A stretch of DNA of 62,439 nucleotides from an uncultured archaeon. GTDB taxonomy: Archaea > Iainarchaeota > Iainarchaeia > Iainarchaeales > 1-14-0-10-31-34. The stretch covers positions 1-62,439 of the forward strand of contig CAZSOZ010000006.1 of assembly GCA_964608675.1 (NCBI GenBank), read 5' to 3'. The notes beneath the pieces are model-generated. The model was not told the origin of the DNA. It did no database searches and saw nothing but the letters and a program-made list of their open reading frames with translations. The position numbers and the translations under genes were made by a program. Shown here piece after piece: positions 35,198-45,800 of the stretch; within the stretch, counting starts at the first letter, position 1, and each line of letters begins with the position of its first letter.

Positions 35198-37546
35198 ATG
35201 CAAAAAAAAATTTTAACAGGAATTCTATTCATTTTTTTGCTGGCAGGCATTAATGCTTACTACACAGACGTGCAAATTTATACAGTAGACGAAGTAATTC
35301 CAATCAGTCCATTCTGGCACTGGGTGGTAATGGAATGGGAATACACAGGCCCTTTAACAGGAGATGACAGTTGGGCAGAATGCGACTTTGAAAGCCCTGA
35401 CAAAAATTACGGAATTTTTTTGGATTTAAGTTCGCCTTATGTGAGTTCAACAGGACAAGAATTTGGACCAACAACAAGGACGCCTGACTGTCAAGTAAAT
35501 ACAGGGGAAGGATACATTAAATGCACTACAAGAACAACTTATTTTTTTGAACTGCAGACTTCATCTGCTTTGCCTGCTGGTTCAGAAGTAACTGTGCCAA
35601 TAAAAATGCAGGGAAAATGCGGTTATGCTGATCCAAACCAACAGCCTTTTGACCCTGAACCAGTAATTGTCGGAGTAGGAAAATACGGTGCTCCGGGAAA
35701 TCAAAGTGCAGGCACAAAAGAAAAAGAAAAAAAACCAGAATTGTTGTTTGATTACTCTGAAACTTATCCAACAGAAATAAATTATGATTATGTTTTCACA
35801 GTAAACAGAAGTTATTATTCTGATGTTCCTTATTTTGAAGAAATTCAAAGCAGATGGGGAAAAACAAATGAAACAAGAAATGCAGTAATAAATATTACTG
35901 CAATAGATGGAAGAGGAGATGACTTAATTACAGGAACAAGCTTTATTGTTCCTGCAGACTGCCAGCCAATAAACACAACACAAGAAGGACAGGATACAAT
36001 CACTATGGAAACAGAACTGGAATTAAGCTGCGAACAAACAGGACCAAAATTGATTGTAGTTTATGCAACAAACAATGAAGGTTTAAGCGGATTTCAAGGT
36101 TTTTTTAGTTATTTTTCTTCCAACGATAATGAAGTAGAATTAAATTTAGTTCACGGGAATTTGCTTGAAGTTTTTCCAAACATTATAAGCGGAAGCAGTT
36201 CAGGCGCTGACATTATTATAGAACAATCAGGAAACAATTATGATTTCAGATTAGGAGGAATTCCTCAAAAAACTTTTACGGTTTTAAAAGACACCGGAAA
36301 CGGGATTCCGTCTGAACCATCAATAACTGAAGACATGCAGTTAAATTTAGTGAATTCAACTCCTTTTGTTTCAGTTTTGGAACCTGAATGCCCTTTGCTT
36401 GACTTAGGCGGTTCATATGTAGTCGGCCAGTACTATAAATATGAAGGCGAAGACTTTGCTTTAATTTCGCGTTCGCAGATTCCTTGGTGTCAGCCAGGAA
36501 ACCATAAATTAAGAATCACACAACAAGGAGAATATTCAAACGGAAACCCTTACACTTTAACTCAGGATTACAATTTTGTTGTATTGGATATAAACATTAA
36601 TGTAGATGGAATGGAAGTCCAGACAGAAAACTTAGTACAGACAGCTTACGGAATAGTTTACGGAGAAGACGGAGAAATTGACTTGAATTTAACAATAAAC
36701 AATTATTCTCCTGAATTCACTGAAATAAGCGATGTTGATTTTTATTTCAGCCAGTATGCGCAAGCACCAAATTATGCTTTTGCAGGAGATGAATGCACTT
36801 CAGATACAACAAGTATTACTGCAGTAAGCGATACAGAATGGAAAATAAGTTCTCATTTGGAATGCACCGGCATCCACAGATTTTATCCAATAATTTATTT
36901 AAGTGATTTCACTGAACCTTTTATTTTTCCAGGACAATATTATTTTTATATAACTGAATCAGAAGACAAATTTAAAATGGATTCAATTGAAATAGAAAAC
37001 TTGTATGACGCAACATGGAACCCTGAAAGCGGAGAATACTGCAATCCAAAAACAGGAGACTGTTATGCAACTGAAACCCCTGAAGGAACAGGACAAATTG
37101 GACTGCCTCAAGGAACAATAAAAATAACCAAAGGAGATTTATTAAGGTTTTATGCAACAATAACAAACGTTTATCACGAAAACCTTGAAGCAGAAGTTAA
37201 AGTTGTAATAACAGATGAAAGCAATAATGTTGTTGCTGAATTAGAACAAAACAGCAGTACCCCAACAGCCTATCCTTCTATTGAAGCTTATTCAAAAAAA
37301 GTTTTTGATGTATTGTTTTATGACACTGATTTTTTGCAGGAAAACCGTTTGTATACTGTGACTTCAACTGTTTACTGGTATTCTGCAAAAGACTTCGGAG
37401 TTCTTGACAGCAAACCGTTAAACAACACAAAAACAACTTATTTTTATGTTTTAGGAGAAGGAGCAATAGAAAACCTTCCTGAAACAAATGCAATAACAGT
37501 AATTTTGAGCTTGATTTTTGTTTTATTTATTTTAATAAAAAAATAA
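35198..37546 (+). CDS. large surface protein with C-terminal sorting signal
   Basis: signal peptide; C-terminal LPETN, TM helix, KK. Confidence 0.8.
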   Translation: MQKKILTGILFIFLLAGINAYYTDVQIYTVDEVIPISPFWHWVVMEWEYTGPLTGDDSWAECDFESPDKNYGIFLDLSSPYVSSTGQEFGPTTRTPDCQVNTGEGYIKCTTRTTYFFELQTSSALPAGSEVTVPIKMQGKCGYADPNQQPFDPEPVIVGVGKYGAPGNQSAGTKEKEKKPELLFDYSETYPTEINYDYVFTVNRSYYSDVPYFEEIQSRWGKTNETRNAVINITAIDGRGDDLITGTSFIVPADCQPINTTQEGQDTITMETELELSCEQTGPKLIVVYATNNEGLSGFQGFFSYFSSNDNEVELNLVHGNLLEVFPNIISGSSSGADIIIEQSGNNYDFRLGGIPQKTFTVLKDTGNGIPSEPSITEDMQLNLVNSTPFVSVLEPECPLLDLGGSYVVGQYYKYEGEDFALISRSQIPWCQPGNHKLRITQQGEYSNGNPYTLTQDYNFVVLDININVDGMEVQTENLVQTAYGIVYGEDGEIDLNLTINNYSPEFTEISDVDFYFSQYAQAPNYAFAGDECTSDTTSITAVSDTEWKISSHLECTGIHRFYPIIYLSDFTEPFIFPGQYYFYITESEDKFKMDSIEIENLYDATWNPESGEYCNPKTGDCYATETPEGTGQIGLPQGTIKITKGDLLRFYATITNVYHENLEAEVKVVITDESNNVVAELEQNSSTPTAYPSIEAYSKKVFDVLFYDTDFLQENRLYTVTSTVYWYSAKDFGVLDSKPLNNTKTTYFYVLGEGAIENLPETNAITVILSLIFVLFILIKK

Positions 37547-37597
37547 AAAAAAACAAATCTTTTTATTAACAATCAACAAAAATTTGTGTGGTTGAAA

Positions 37598-38662
37598 ATG
37601 GAATTCAAAAAATACATTAAAGAAAACAGCAAGCTAATTGACAGAGAACTAAAAAACTTTTTTCCAAAAAAATTAAATAAAAAATGGCTGGAAAACTCTT
37701 TAGGAAAAGCTGAATTCAGATTAGATGAAAAAACTTTAACTAAAAGTTTAGCTGAACCAATCTGGGATTTTCTTGAAAGAGGAGGAAAAAGATGGCGTCC
37801 GGCTTTAATGCTTTTAAGTTTTGAGGCCTTGGGAGGAAAAAACAAAGAAAAAATTCTGCCTTTAAGTGTTCTGCCTGAATTCCTTCATAATGGAAGCATT
37901 ATGATTGATGACATTGAAGATTCAAGTGAATTAAGAAGAGGAAAAAAATGCACGCATTTATTGTTTGGAGAAGACCTTGCAATTAATGCAGGGAACGCAA
38001 TGTATTTTTTGCCTTTCAGTTTATTGTACAGAAACAAACTTGAATTAAATGACAAGACTTTAAGGAAAATTTACGATTTGTGTGCAATTGAAATGATGAA
38101 ATTAAGTGCAGGGCAGGCAATGGACATTCAATGGCATAAAAACCATGTTGATTATTTAACTGAAAAACATTATCTGCAGATGTGTGCATACAAAACAGGA
38201 GCACTAGCAAGATTGAGTGCAAAATTAGGGGCAATAATGGCTGAAGCAAAAGAAAAAGAAACACAAAAAATAGGAAAATATGCTGAAAGCATTGGAGTTT
38301 CTTTTCAAATACAAGATGATGTATTAAATTTGACTGGAGAAAAGTTTGCTGAAGGAAAAGGATTAGGAGAAGACATTCATGAAGGAAAAAAAACTTTGAT
38401 TTTACTTCATACTTTAAGAAAAGCAAGCGACAAAGACAAAAAAAGATTAAAGGAAATAATTGACTTGCATCCAGAAAAACAGGAAACCATAAACGAAGCA
38501 ATAGGAATAATGGAAAAATACCGTTCAATTGATTACGCAAAACAAAAAGCAAAAAATTTAGTGAAAAAAAGCTGGAAAGAAGTAGAGCCTTATTTAAAAA
38601 ACGAAGAAGCAAAAAATAAATTAAAGGAATTCGGAGATTATTTAGTTGAAAGAGAAATATGA
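37598..38662 (+). CDS. trans-polyprenyl diphosphate synthase (GGPP synthase-like)
   Basis: GGKRWRP, IDDIEDSSELRRG, GQAMD, KT, QIQDD. Confidence 0.95.
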   Translation: MEFKKYIKENSKLIDRELKNFFPKKLNKKWLENSLGKAEFRLDEKTLTKSLAEPIWDFLERGGKRWRPALMLLSFEALGGKNKEKILPLSVLPEFLHNGSIMIDDIEDSSELRRGKKCTHLLFGEDLAINAGNAMYFLPFSLLYRNKLELNDKTLRKIYDLCAIEMMKLSAGQAMDIQWHKNHVDYLTEKHYLQMCAYKTGALARLSAKLGAIMAEAKEKETQKIGKYAESIGVSFQIQDDVLNLTGEKFAEGKGLGEDIHEGKKTLILLHTLRKASDKDKKRLKEIIDLHPEKQETINEAIGIMEKYRSIDYAKQKAKNLVKKSWKEVEPYLKNEEAKNKLKEFGDYLVEREI

Positions 38663-38746
38663 AACATTAAAAAACGTTTTCCTAAAAGAATTATTAAGCA
38701 AAAACTCTGATTTTTTTCAGGATTTTTTTTATGTTGAGTGATTTAA

Positions 38747-39028
38747 ATGAAGATTCCAAAGGAAATCAAAATATACTGCAAAAAATGCAATGCACACACA
38801 ACACACAAATTAAAGACAGCTAAATCAAAGAAAGCAAGAGCAAACAGTTTTGGAACAAGAAGATTTCAAAAAAAACACAAGCAGGGATACGGCGGAAAAG
38901 CAAAGTTTGCAATTAAAGTAAAAAAGCAGACAAAAAAACCTAATTTTACTGCAGAATGCAGTAAATGCAAAAGCAAAAAGCCTTTTGTTATTCCAAAAAG
39001 AATGAAGAAAGCAGAATTAACTGCTTAA
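38747..39028 (+). CDS. rpl44e: 50S ribosomal protein L44e (eL42)
   Basis: MKIPKEIKIYCKKCNAHTTHK, GYGG, K.TKK, CSKC. Confidence 0.95.
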   Translation: MKIPKEIKIYCKKCNAHTTHKLKTAKSKKARANSFGTRRFQKKHKQGYGGKAKFAIKVKKQTKKPNFTAECSKCKSKKPFVIPKRMKKAELTA

Positions 39029-39588
39029 ATTTTTGGGTTTAACTGGCTTTGAGTGTTTTTTTTTGAAAAATCAAATTCTGAATTACTGTTCACTATGAAT
39101 TCGCATTCAGAAGAATTAACTGAAATGCATTTTGTTTCAACTGCATCCAAATCTTTGTTTAAAGCAAAAGAAAAAGTTCCTGCAATAATGCCTCTTAAAA
39201 TGTGGTCAACAGGTTTTTTTGATTTGTTTTTAAAAAGCATGGCAAAAGGACTTGAAGAAACCAAAAGAATGGCTCTTGAATTTTTTTCGTCAAACTGAAG
39301 AACACGAATTTTTCCGAAACCTGAATTAGAAAAAAAATCATTAACAAAATTAACCAGAGAAATCCCTGAATATTTTGGTTTTGCTTTAAGTGAAGGCAGA
39401 AATTCTTTAACAGATTTTTTTGTTGAATAATAAATTTCTTTTGATTGCTCGTCAGAAGCAGAAAACAAAAAAGCAGATAAAATTTTAACAGGAAAAATAA
39501 GAAAAGGAATGTCAATTAAATAAAAATTACAGTTATTGAATTTCATTTGTCCTGTAAAAATAAATTTATCCAAATAATTGTTTAGCAT
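39025..39588 (-). CDS. V4R-domain protein, paralog of 32495-33052
   Basis: SGFGK, PVDHILRG, ETKCIS....CEF; ATG 39588 preferred. Confidence 0.85.
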   Translation of the reverse strand: MLNNYLDKFIFTGQMKFNNCNFYLIDIPFLIFPVKILSAFLFSASDEQSKEIYYSTKKSVKEFLPSLKAKPKYSGISLVNFVNDFFSNSGFGKIRVLQFDEKNSRAILLVSSSPFAMLFKNKSKKPVDHILRGIIAGTFSFALNKDLDAVETKCISVNSSECEFIVNSNSEFDFSKKNTQSQLNPKI

Positions 39589-39886
39589 TTTTTTCCTCCA
39601 AAGGCCTGCTTGAAATAATTGAATCAATTACCCTGTATTTTTCTACTTCAAGAGGCCAAACAATTAAAGTTTTGCCTGATTTTTTTGAAAGAAGAACTTT
39701 GTTTGAAATAAGTTTGTTAAGATAATAAGAATACTTAGAATAAGCCCGTTTTCTTTGTTTTCTAGAAGAAAGATTTTCATTTAATAATTCAGCTAATTCC
39801 ATTGAAGTAATAGGCCAATGCTCTTTAATTAAACTAAAAAGTTTTGCTTCAAACTCTCCAAGAACGTTTTCTGGCATTTCAGACAT
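39566..39886 (-). CDS. small winged-helix protein
   Basis: LIKEHWPITSMELAE...YYLNKL...SKKSGKTLIVW. Confidence 0.7.
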   Translation of the reverse strand: MSEMPENVLGEFEAKLFSLIKEHWPITSMELAELLNENLSSRKQRKRAYSKYSYYLNKLISNKVLLSKKSGKTLIVWPLEVEKYRVIDSIISSRPLEEKNAKQLFG

Positions 39887-39986
39887 TTTGACCGCAAAAA
39901 TAAAGGATTCAGGAAATAAAAAGGTTTTGTTTCTGGCTTTACAGAAAAAAGTTGGTTTTATTAAAGTGTTTAAACTTTATTTTTTT

Positions 39987-41012
39987 ATGGCAATAATTAC
40001 CTGTGATTTGCATACCCATTTAAATGAAAAAAATGTTCTTGCTTTTGATTACTGGAAACGAACAAAAGAAATTGGATTGAATGCAGTTGCAATAACAGAG
40101 CATAATTCCTGCAATCCAAAAGAAGCATTTGAAAGACTTAACAAAACAAAACCTGAAGGAATGATTTTGATTCCAGGAATTGAAGTAAACAGTTCAGCCG
40201 GCCACGCAGTAGTTTATGCAGAAAATGAAGAACTGTATGATGAAATTGAACTGCTTGAAGAAAAAGCAGACATTGAAAGAGTTTTAGAAATAGTTAAAGA
40301 AAAAAAATTTTATTTAAGTTTTGCTCATCCTTACGGCTACGAACAGGATTCAATTTGTTTTCTTGCAGGAGAACAAAAAGCAAAAAAAATAATTAAAAAA
40401 AATCACTGTGGAGTGGAAATATATAATGGATTAATTTCTCATTTAAGCAATTTTTTGTATGACTCTAATTGGGTAACCAAGCCTTTTAATTTTGTTTCAT
40501 TTCTTGAAAAAAATTTTGTTTCACAAAAAATTGGTTTAAGCCGAGTAAGCGGAAAAATCAGGAAAACCTTTGATTCAAGAAGAGAAGACATTGTCATGAG
40601 ATGCATTAAAGCAATTGAATTAGGGAATATTGCAGACTTTGTTACAGTAGGAAGCGATGCGCATTCAGCTGAAAGAATAGGCACAGGAATAATTAAAATA
40701 AAAATTGAAAAAGAAATAAACGAAAAAAGCATTCTTGAATCCCTGAAAAAAAAAGAAAACATTATTTGGAGCGGGCCCTTAATCAGAGAAACCGAAAAAG
40801 GAGTTTTTGAAAAAGTGGATGATCCTTTAAAAAGAATGGAAATAGCACAAGGCATTCAGTACATTACTCAGAAAGCTGTAAGCAAAGGCAAACAAAAGAT
40901 TTCAACAGAAAAATTAAAGGAAAAAATGAAGGACAGCAGAATAACAAAAAAAATAAGCAAAACAAGATTAGCTGAAAGAATAAAAAAAATAAAGGAAAAA
41001 GAGAAAAAATGA
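39987..41012 (+). CDS. PHP-domain metallophosphoesterase
   Basis: DLHTH, ITEHN, GIEV...GH, AHPY, GSDAH. Confidence 0.92.
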   Translation: MAIITCDLHTHLNEKNVLAFDYWKRTKEIGLNAVAITEHNSCNPKEAFERLNKTKPEGMILIPGIEVNSSAGHAVVYAENEELYDEIELLEEKADIERVLEIVKEKKFYLSFAHPYGYEQDSICFLAGEQKAKKIIKKNHCGVEIYNGLISHLSNFLYDSNWVTKPFNFVSFLEKNFVSQKIGLSRVSGKIRKTFDSRREDIVMRCIKAIELGNIADFVTVGSDAHSAERIGTGIIKIKIEKEINEKSILESLKKKENIIWSGPLIRETEKGVFEKVDDPLKRMEIAQGIQYITQKAVSKGKQKISTEKLKEKMKDSRITKKISKTRLAERIKKIKEKEKK

Positions 41013-41416
41013 AGTATTCGGTTTATCCTGAAACCAAAACAAGAAATATTCCTGTTAAAGCAGAAAAAATTCATTTAGTTCGGCCGATAAAAAAAGAAAA
41101 AATAAAAGAAATAATAAAAAAAAGAAAAATAAAAGAAATCAGCTTAAGTGAATCAACTTTAAAAAGACTGAAACCAAAAACAATACAATTAATTGAAAAA
41201 AAAGGAATTCAAATAAAAAAAGATTCAAGAAGAGGAAGAGCAATAGAAACAAAATTTGACACAATACTTAAAATAATTGAATTAAAAAAAGACTATCAAA
41301 GCATAAGAAAAATTGAAGAATGCACAGGCATTCCAAAAAGCACAGTGCATTATTTATTAAGGTATGCGGACAGAAACAAAATTAAAAAGAAACAACAAAC
41401 AATATATTTAGAGTGA
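41009..41416 (+). CDS. DUF1699-like protein with C-terminal HTH
   Basis: IHLVRP...S...RGR...SIRKIEECTGIPKSTVHY. Confidence 0.6.
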   Translation: MKYSVYPETKTRNIPVKAEKIHLVRPIKKEKIKEIIKKRKIKEISLSESTLKRLKPKTIQLIEKKGIQIKKDSRRGRAIETKFDTILKIIELKKDYQSIRKIEECTGIPKSTVHYLLRYADRNKIKKKQQTIYLE

Positions 41417-41736
41417 AAAAAAAAATGAATAAATTTGAAATAGTTTTAACTGAATTAAAAAGAAAAGGCGATTCAGAAAAAGTCAAATGGCTGGAAGGAC
41501 TGCATAAAAGAATTACTCCAAGCCAAAAAAAAAGAATACAGGAAAACGACATGACAATAATGCAAGAATTGTTTGCTCCAAAATGGGTTTCATGGGAATT
41601 ATTGTATGCATGGGCAACAAAAGAAAGCAAAAAAGAAACATGCATTTTATGCACAAAACAGGATTCTTTAGGAATGCATATAAAAGGAAAATTTATTTGT
41701 GCAAACTGTTTTATTGAAATAAAACATAAAAAATGA
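41413..41736 (+). CDS. hypothetical protein with C-terminal zinc ribbon
   Basis: CILC...KGKFICANC. Confidence 0.7.
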   Translation: MKKKMNKFEIVLTELKRKGDSEKVKWLEGLHKRITPSQKKRIQENDMTIMQELFAPKWVSWELLYAWATKESKKETCILCTKQDSLGMHIKGKFICANCFIEIKHKK

Positions 41737-41797
41737 TTTATACATAACTATAGTAAGGATTATTAATACAAAAAAGTATTTTTTAAAAGTGAATGAA

Positions 41798-42205
41798 ATG
41801 TTTGATATAGACGAAAAACTAAGAAAAAAACTATTAGAAGAAGAATTTAAGCTCAGAAAAAAACAGCCTCCTTCATGGGCTAAATTCAAATACAGGAAAT
41901 TTGTAAGGCTTCCAAAAGAAGAAAGAGAAAAAGAAAAAGCTAAAAGAGAAGCTGAAGAAGAACAAAAAAGAAAGAAACAGGAACAAACAGAAAAAATAGC
42001 AGAAAAACAAAGAAAAGCATTTCGAAAAAAACTTGAAGCAAAAAAAAAGAAAAAAAACAAAAAAACTGCAAAAACAAAAAAAACAGTGAAAAAAGAAAAA
42101 AAAAAGAAATCTGAAAAAAACAAAAAAAAACAGAAAACTAAATCAAAAACAAAAAAGAAAACAACTAAAAGAAAATCAAAAACAAAATTTAAAAAGAAAA
42201 AATAA
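41798..42205 (+). CDS. extremely Lys-rich basic protein
   Basis: structured N-terminus, charged helix, H1-like K/T/S tail. Confidence 0.6.
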   Translation: MFDIDEKLRKKLLEEEFKLRKKQPPSWAKFKYRKFVRLPKEEREKEKAKREAEEEQKRKKQEQTEKIAEKQRKAFRKKLEAKKKKKNKKTAKTKKTVKKEKKKKSEKNKKKQKTKSKTKKKTTKRKSKTKFKKKK

Positions 42206-42207
42206 TT

Positions 42208-42666
42208 TCATTCTTCTTTTTTCTTTGATTTTTTTGGTTTAATTACATTCCTTAACTCTTTTAAGGCTTCTTCTTTCATTTTTTTGTATTTGTCTTCTTC
42301 AAAATCTTCAGGCGAAAAAGGGTTTTTTTCTTCCGGCGCAAAACCAAAATCTTTTTCTAAATTTTTTGAAGACAAATCTTTTGGCGAACTCTTCAAAAAA
42401 TCATCTAATTTCATTTTGCTTTCTTTAGGAGTTTCTTTCATTAAATCAGTTATTTTTGATGAAGGAGAATACTCTGCAGTAGTTTTCAAGGATTCTTTTT
42501 CTGAAGCAACATCATAGTAAATTCTCCAAAACATGGCTAAAGCAATCACTGAAATAACTGCAGAAATAACATAATTAAAGGGTTCAATTTCAATTAAATA
42601 AATAACTGAAATTACTGCAAGAATAATAATTATTATTGGAAAAATAAAACTTATTTTGAATTTCAT
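42208..42666 (-). CDS. hypothetical membrane protein (2 TM plus charged tail)
   Basis: two N-terminal hydrophobic helices. Confidence 0.7.
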   Translation of the reverse strand: MKFKISFIFPIIIIILAVISVIYLIEIEPFNYVISAVISVIALAMFWRIYYDVASEKESLKTTAEYSPSSKITDLMKETPKESKMKLDDFLKSSPKDLSSKNLEKDFGFAPEEKNPFSPEDFEEDKYKKMKEEALKELRNVIKPKKSKKKEE

Positions 42667-42806
42667 AAAAAAAACTACTCTTAACAAAATAAAACATTCA
42701 GCTTATTAAATATAACCGTTTAAAGGCAAATAAAGCATACATTTTAATAGAAAAACAAACAATTATGTTAATATATAATTTTAAGTTTTTTTTTGAAGGG
42801 GAGTAC

Positions 42807-45800
42807 TTGAAAGGACAAAATGAATTAATTATAGGGGTTGTAATAGCAGTTATTGTGATTGCTGGAATTGCAATTCAGTTAATGGGCTCTGAAGGAAAAT
42901 CAATAATTTATTTTGAAGGAGTCTGCGGAGACTCTCAAAATTCATGCGATGGAAGCCCTCCTGAATGCAGTGAATGTTCCACAGAACAGCCTGCAATAAG
43001 TGCATCATGGGTTGGGGGAGGCATTCGAATAGATTACAGCCCAATGCCAATAACTAAATTAGAAAAAAGAGAAATAGAAGGAAACTGGATTACCTTAGTA
43101 GAATACCCTAAAGTAGATTATTATATTGATGGTGACGTACTGCCTGGAGCAAACTATGAATACAGAGCAATAAAAAATGGGTTCATAGAAAGAGGAACTT
43201 GTCAGGGAAATCCTCCTTTATGTGAATGGCAGTGCACTGCAGGAACAGAATCCTGTCAGAAAGAAACAATAAGCAATACTGTTTCTGTTCCTGACCCGCC
43301 TGAAACTCCATCCAACTTTACTGCAGTAAAAGGAAGTACTCCAGGAACAATTAATTTAAACTGGGATGAAGTTGCAAACGCAGATTACTATAAAATTAAA
43401 TGGCATCAAAGTTCCTATACTTTAGAAGGAGAATATATTGTTTCAACAAACACGTCTGTTTTTACAGTTGAAGCCGACCCTTATCTTGAAACAACAGATG
43501 ACTGGGAACACAGATTTGAAGTTTATGCATGCAAGAATACGGAAACATGTAGTTCAGAAGCAGTTGCATATGGTTATCCAAAAATTCAAGCAGAAATTTC
43601 AGGACCAACTGAAATGCTTACAGGACAAGAAATTGTATTAGAAGGAAAAGGATTATATGTAAATGATCCGCCGTCAGATGAATCACAATTTGCGTGGAGT
43701 GTAATCAACAATACAGCAGAATGTGAATATCAGGAAAGTTCTTCAAATACTTTCACTATAAACAACTGCCAGAACTCAGGCACGATTTCAGTTAGATTGA
43801 TTGTTAATGCAAGACCGACAACTTTTCCTGACAGTGCAATGACTGCAAAAGTAATTACAGTGAATGAATCTTCAGAAAACACAACAATTACAATAACTAA
43901 CCCTCCAAACAATACGATTCTTGGAACAACTTCTTATGGAATCCAAGCAGAAACAACTAATACAGAACAAATTCAAAAAGTTGATTTTTATGTTGACGGA
44001 GAACTAAAAGACACTAAAACAAATGTTAATCCAATAACTGAAAAATGGGAGCCAAGTTTCGTTCTTGACTCACAAAATTACACTACATCAAATCATTCAA
44101 TTTATACAATTGCAACCGATACATCAAATCAAACTTACCAAAGTAATTTAATTACTTTTTATGCAATGGTTAAACCCCAAAATTTAACCGGAGTTTCAGG
44201 AAACCAGCAAGTCACATTAAATTGGAATAAAGTGCAGGATGCAGACAATTACATAATAGGATACAATACAGATAATTCAAATACTTATCAGACAATTATT
44301 GCATCTCAATCAGACAATCCTTCAACAATAATAAGCGGGCTGACAAACGAAACAACATATTATTTTGCAGTAAAAAGCTGTAAAGGAAGCCCTCAGGTTT
44401 GCGGTTATTGGACAGAAAACATTTCAGTTGTTCCATCAACTGAAGCAACTGTTCCTTTAACTCCAGAAAATTTTACTTACACAAAAGGAAATACTCCGGG
44501 TTCATTTGAATTAAGCTGGAGTACAACAGAAAACACTGATTACTATGAATACATTTGGGGGGTTATGAATTTAGATGAATCAAATACAATTAATTTAAAT
44601 CATCCTACAAACTCTTATTCACTTCAATTAACTTTAGATTCACAGGCAACAGACAGCTGGATTACAAGACAAAAAATTAGTGCCTGCAATTCAAATGGAT
44701 GCAGTCAGCCGGCATACATTATGAATTCACTGCCAAAAATCGGAGCAGAAATAAACAGTGTTTCAAATGCATTAATAAACACTGATATTGTTTTAACCGC
44801 AAAAGGACAATATTTAACTGAAATAGATTCTCAACCAACTTCATATTCATGGAATATTACAAACAATACTGCAGACTGCACTCCAACAAGCCTGCCTGCA
44901 GAAAAACAAACAACTATTTCCTGTACAAATTCAGGAAGCATTACTTTAGAAGCAACTATAACGCAGATGCCTGAAACTGATTATGAAGATACAGCAACAG
45001 CACAAAAAACAATTACAATTACAGGAGAATCAGATTCAAGCCCTCCAACAGTAAGCATAATTCAGCCGGCAGACGGTTCAACAGTAAGCGATACAATAAC
45101 CGTAAAAGCACAGGCAGTAGATAACGAAAGCGCAATAAAAAACGTTAAATTTTATGTTGATGATGTATTAAAATCAACTGATTCTTCTGCTGACACAGAA
45201 GGAAATTATAGTTTTTCTTTGAATACAAACGAGTATTCAAATGCAGGCCATACAATTAAAGCAATAGCAGAAAATGATTTCGGTTTAACTGCAGAAGAGT
45301 ATATTGTTATACAAATAAATAATGCTTCTTCAGGACCAGAATGCGGAAACAGCATTCTTGAAGCAGGAGAAGACTGTGAAATTGATTCACATTGCCCTTC
45401 TCAATCAAAATGTGATTACGATGAACAAAAATTTGGAAGAAAAACAGGAACTTGTTCAAACTGTGAATGCTTTGAAGGAACATGGAATTATGAATCAAAA
45501 AATTCATACAATTATTGTTTGCGGTGCAATAGTTGCTTGGATGACGAAACAGGAAACTGCAATGAAGACTGCGGAGACACGACTCCGCCGTCAAAGCCGA
45601 CAGGCCTTCAGGTTATTGAAACAACAGAAAACATCATTACAATTGAATGGAATGCCAACATAGAATCAGATTTAAGAAGATACTCAATTTATTATGGAAA
45701 AAATTCAGGCAGTTATATGAATGAAACTTTTGCAGACGACGACGAAACAATGACAGCAATCACAGGGCTTGAAAGCAACACAGAGTATTTTATTGCAATA

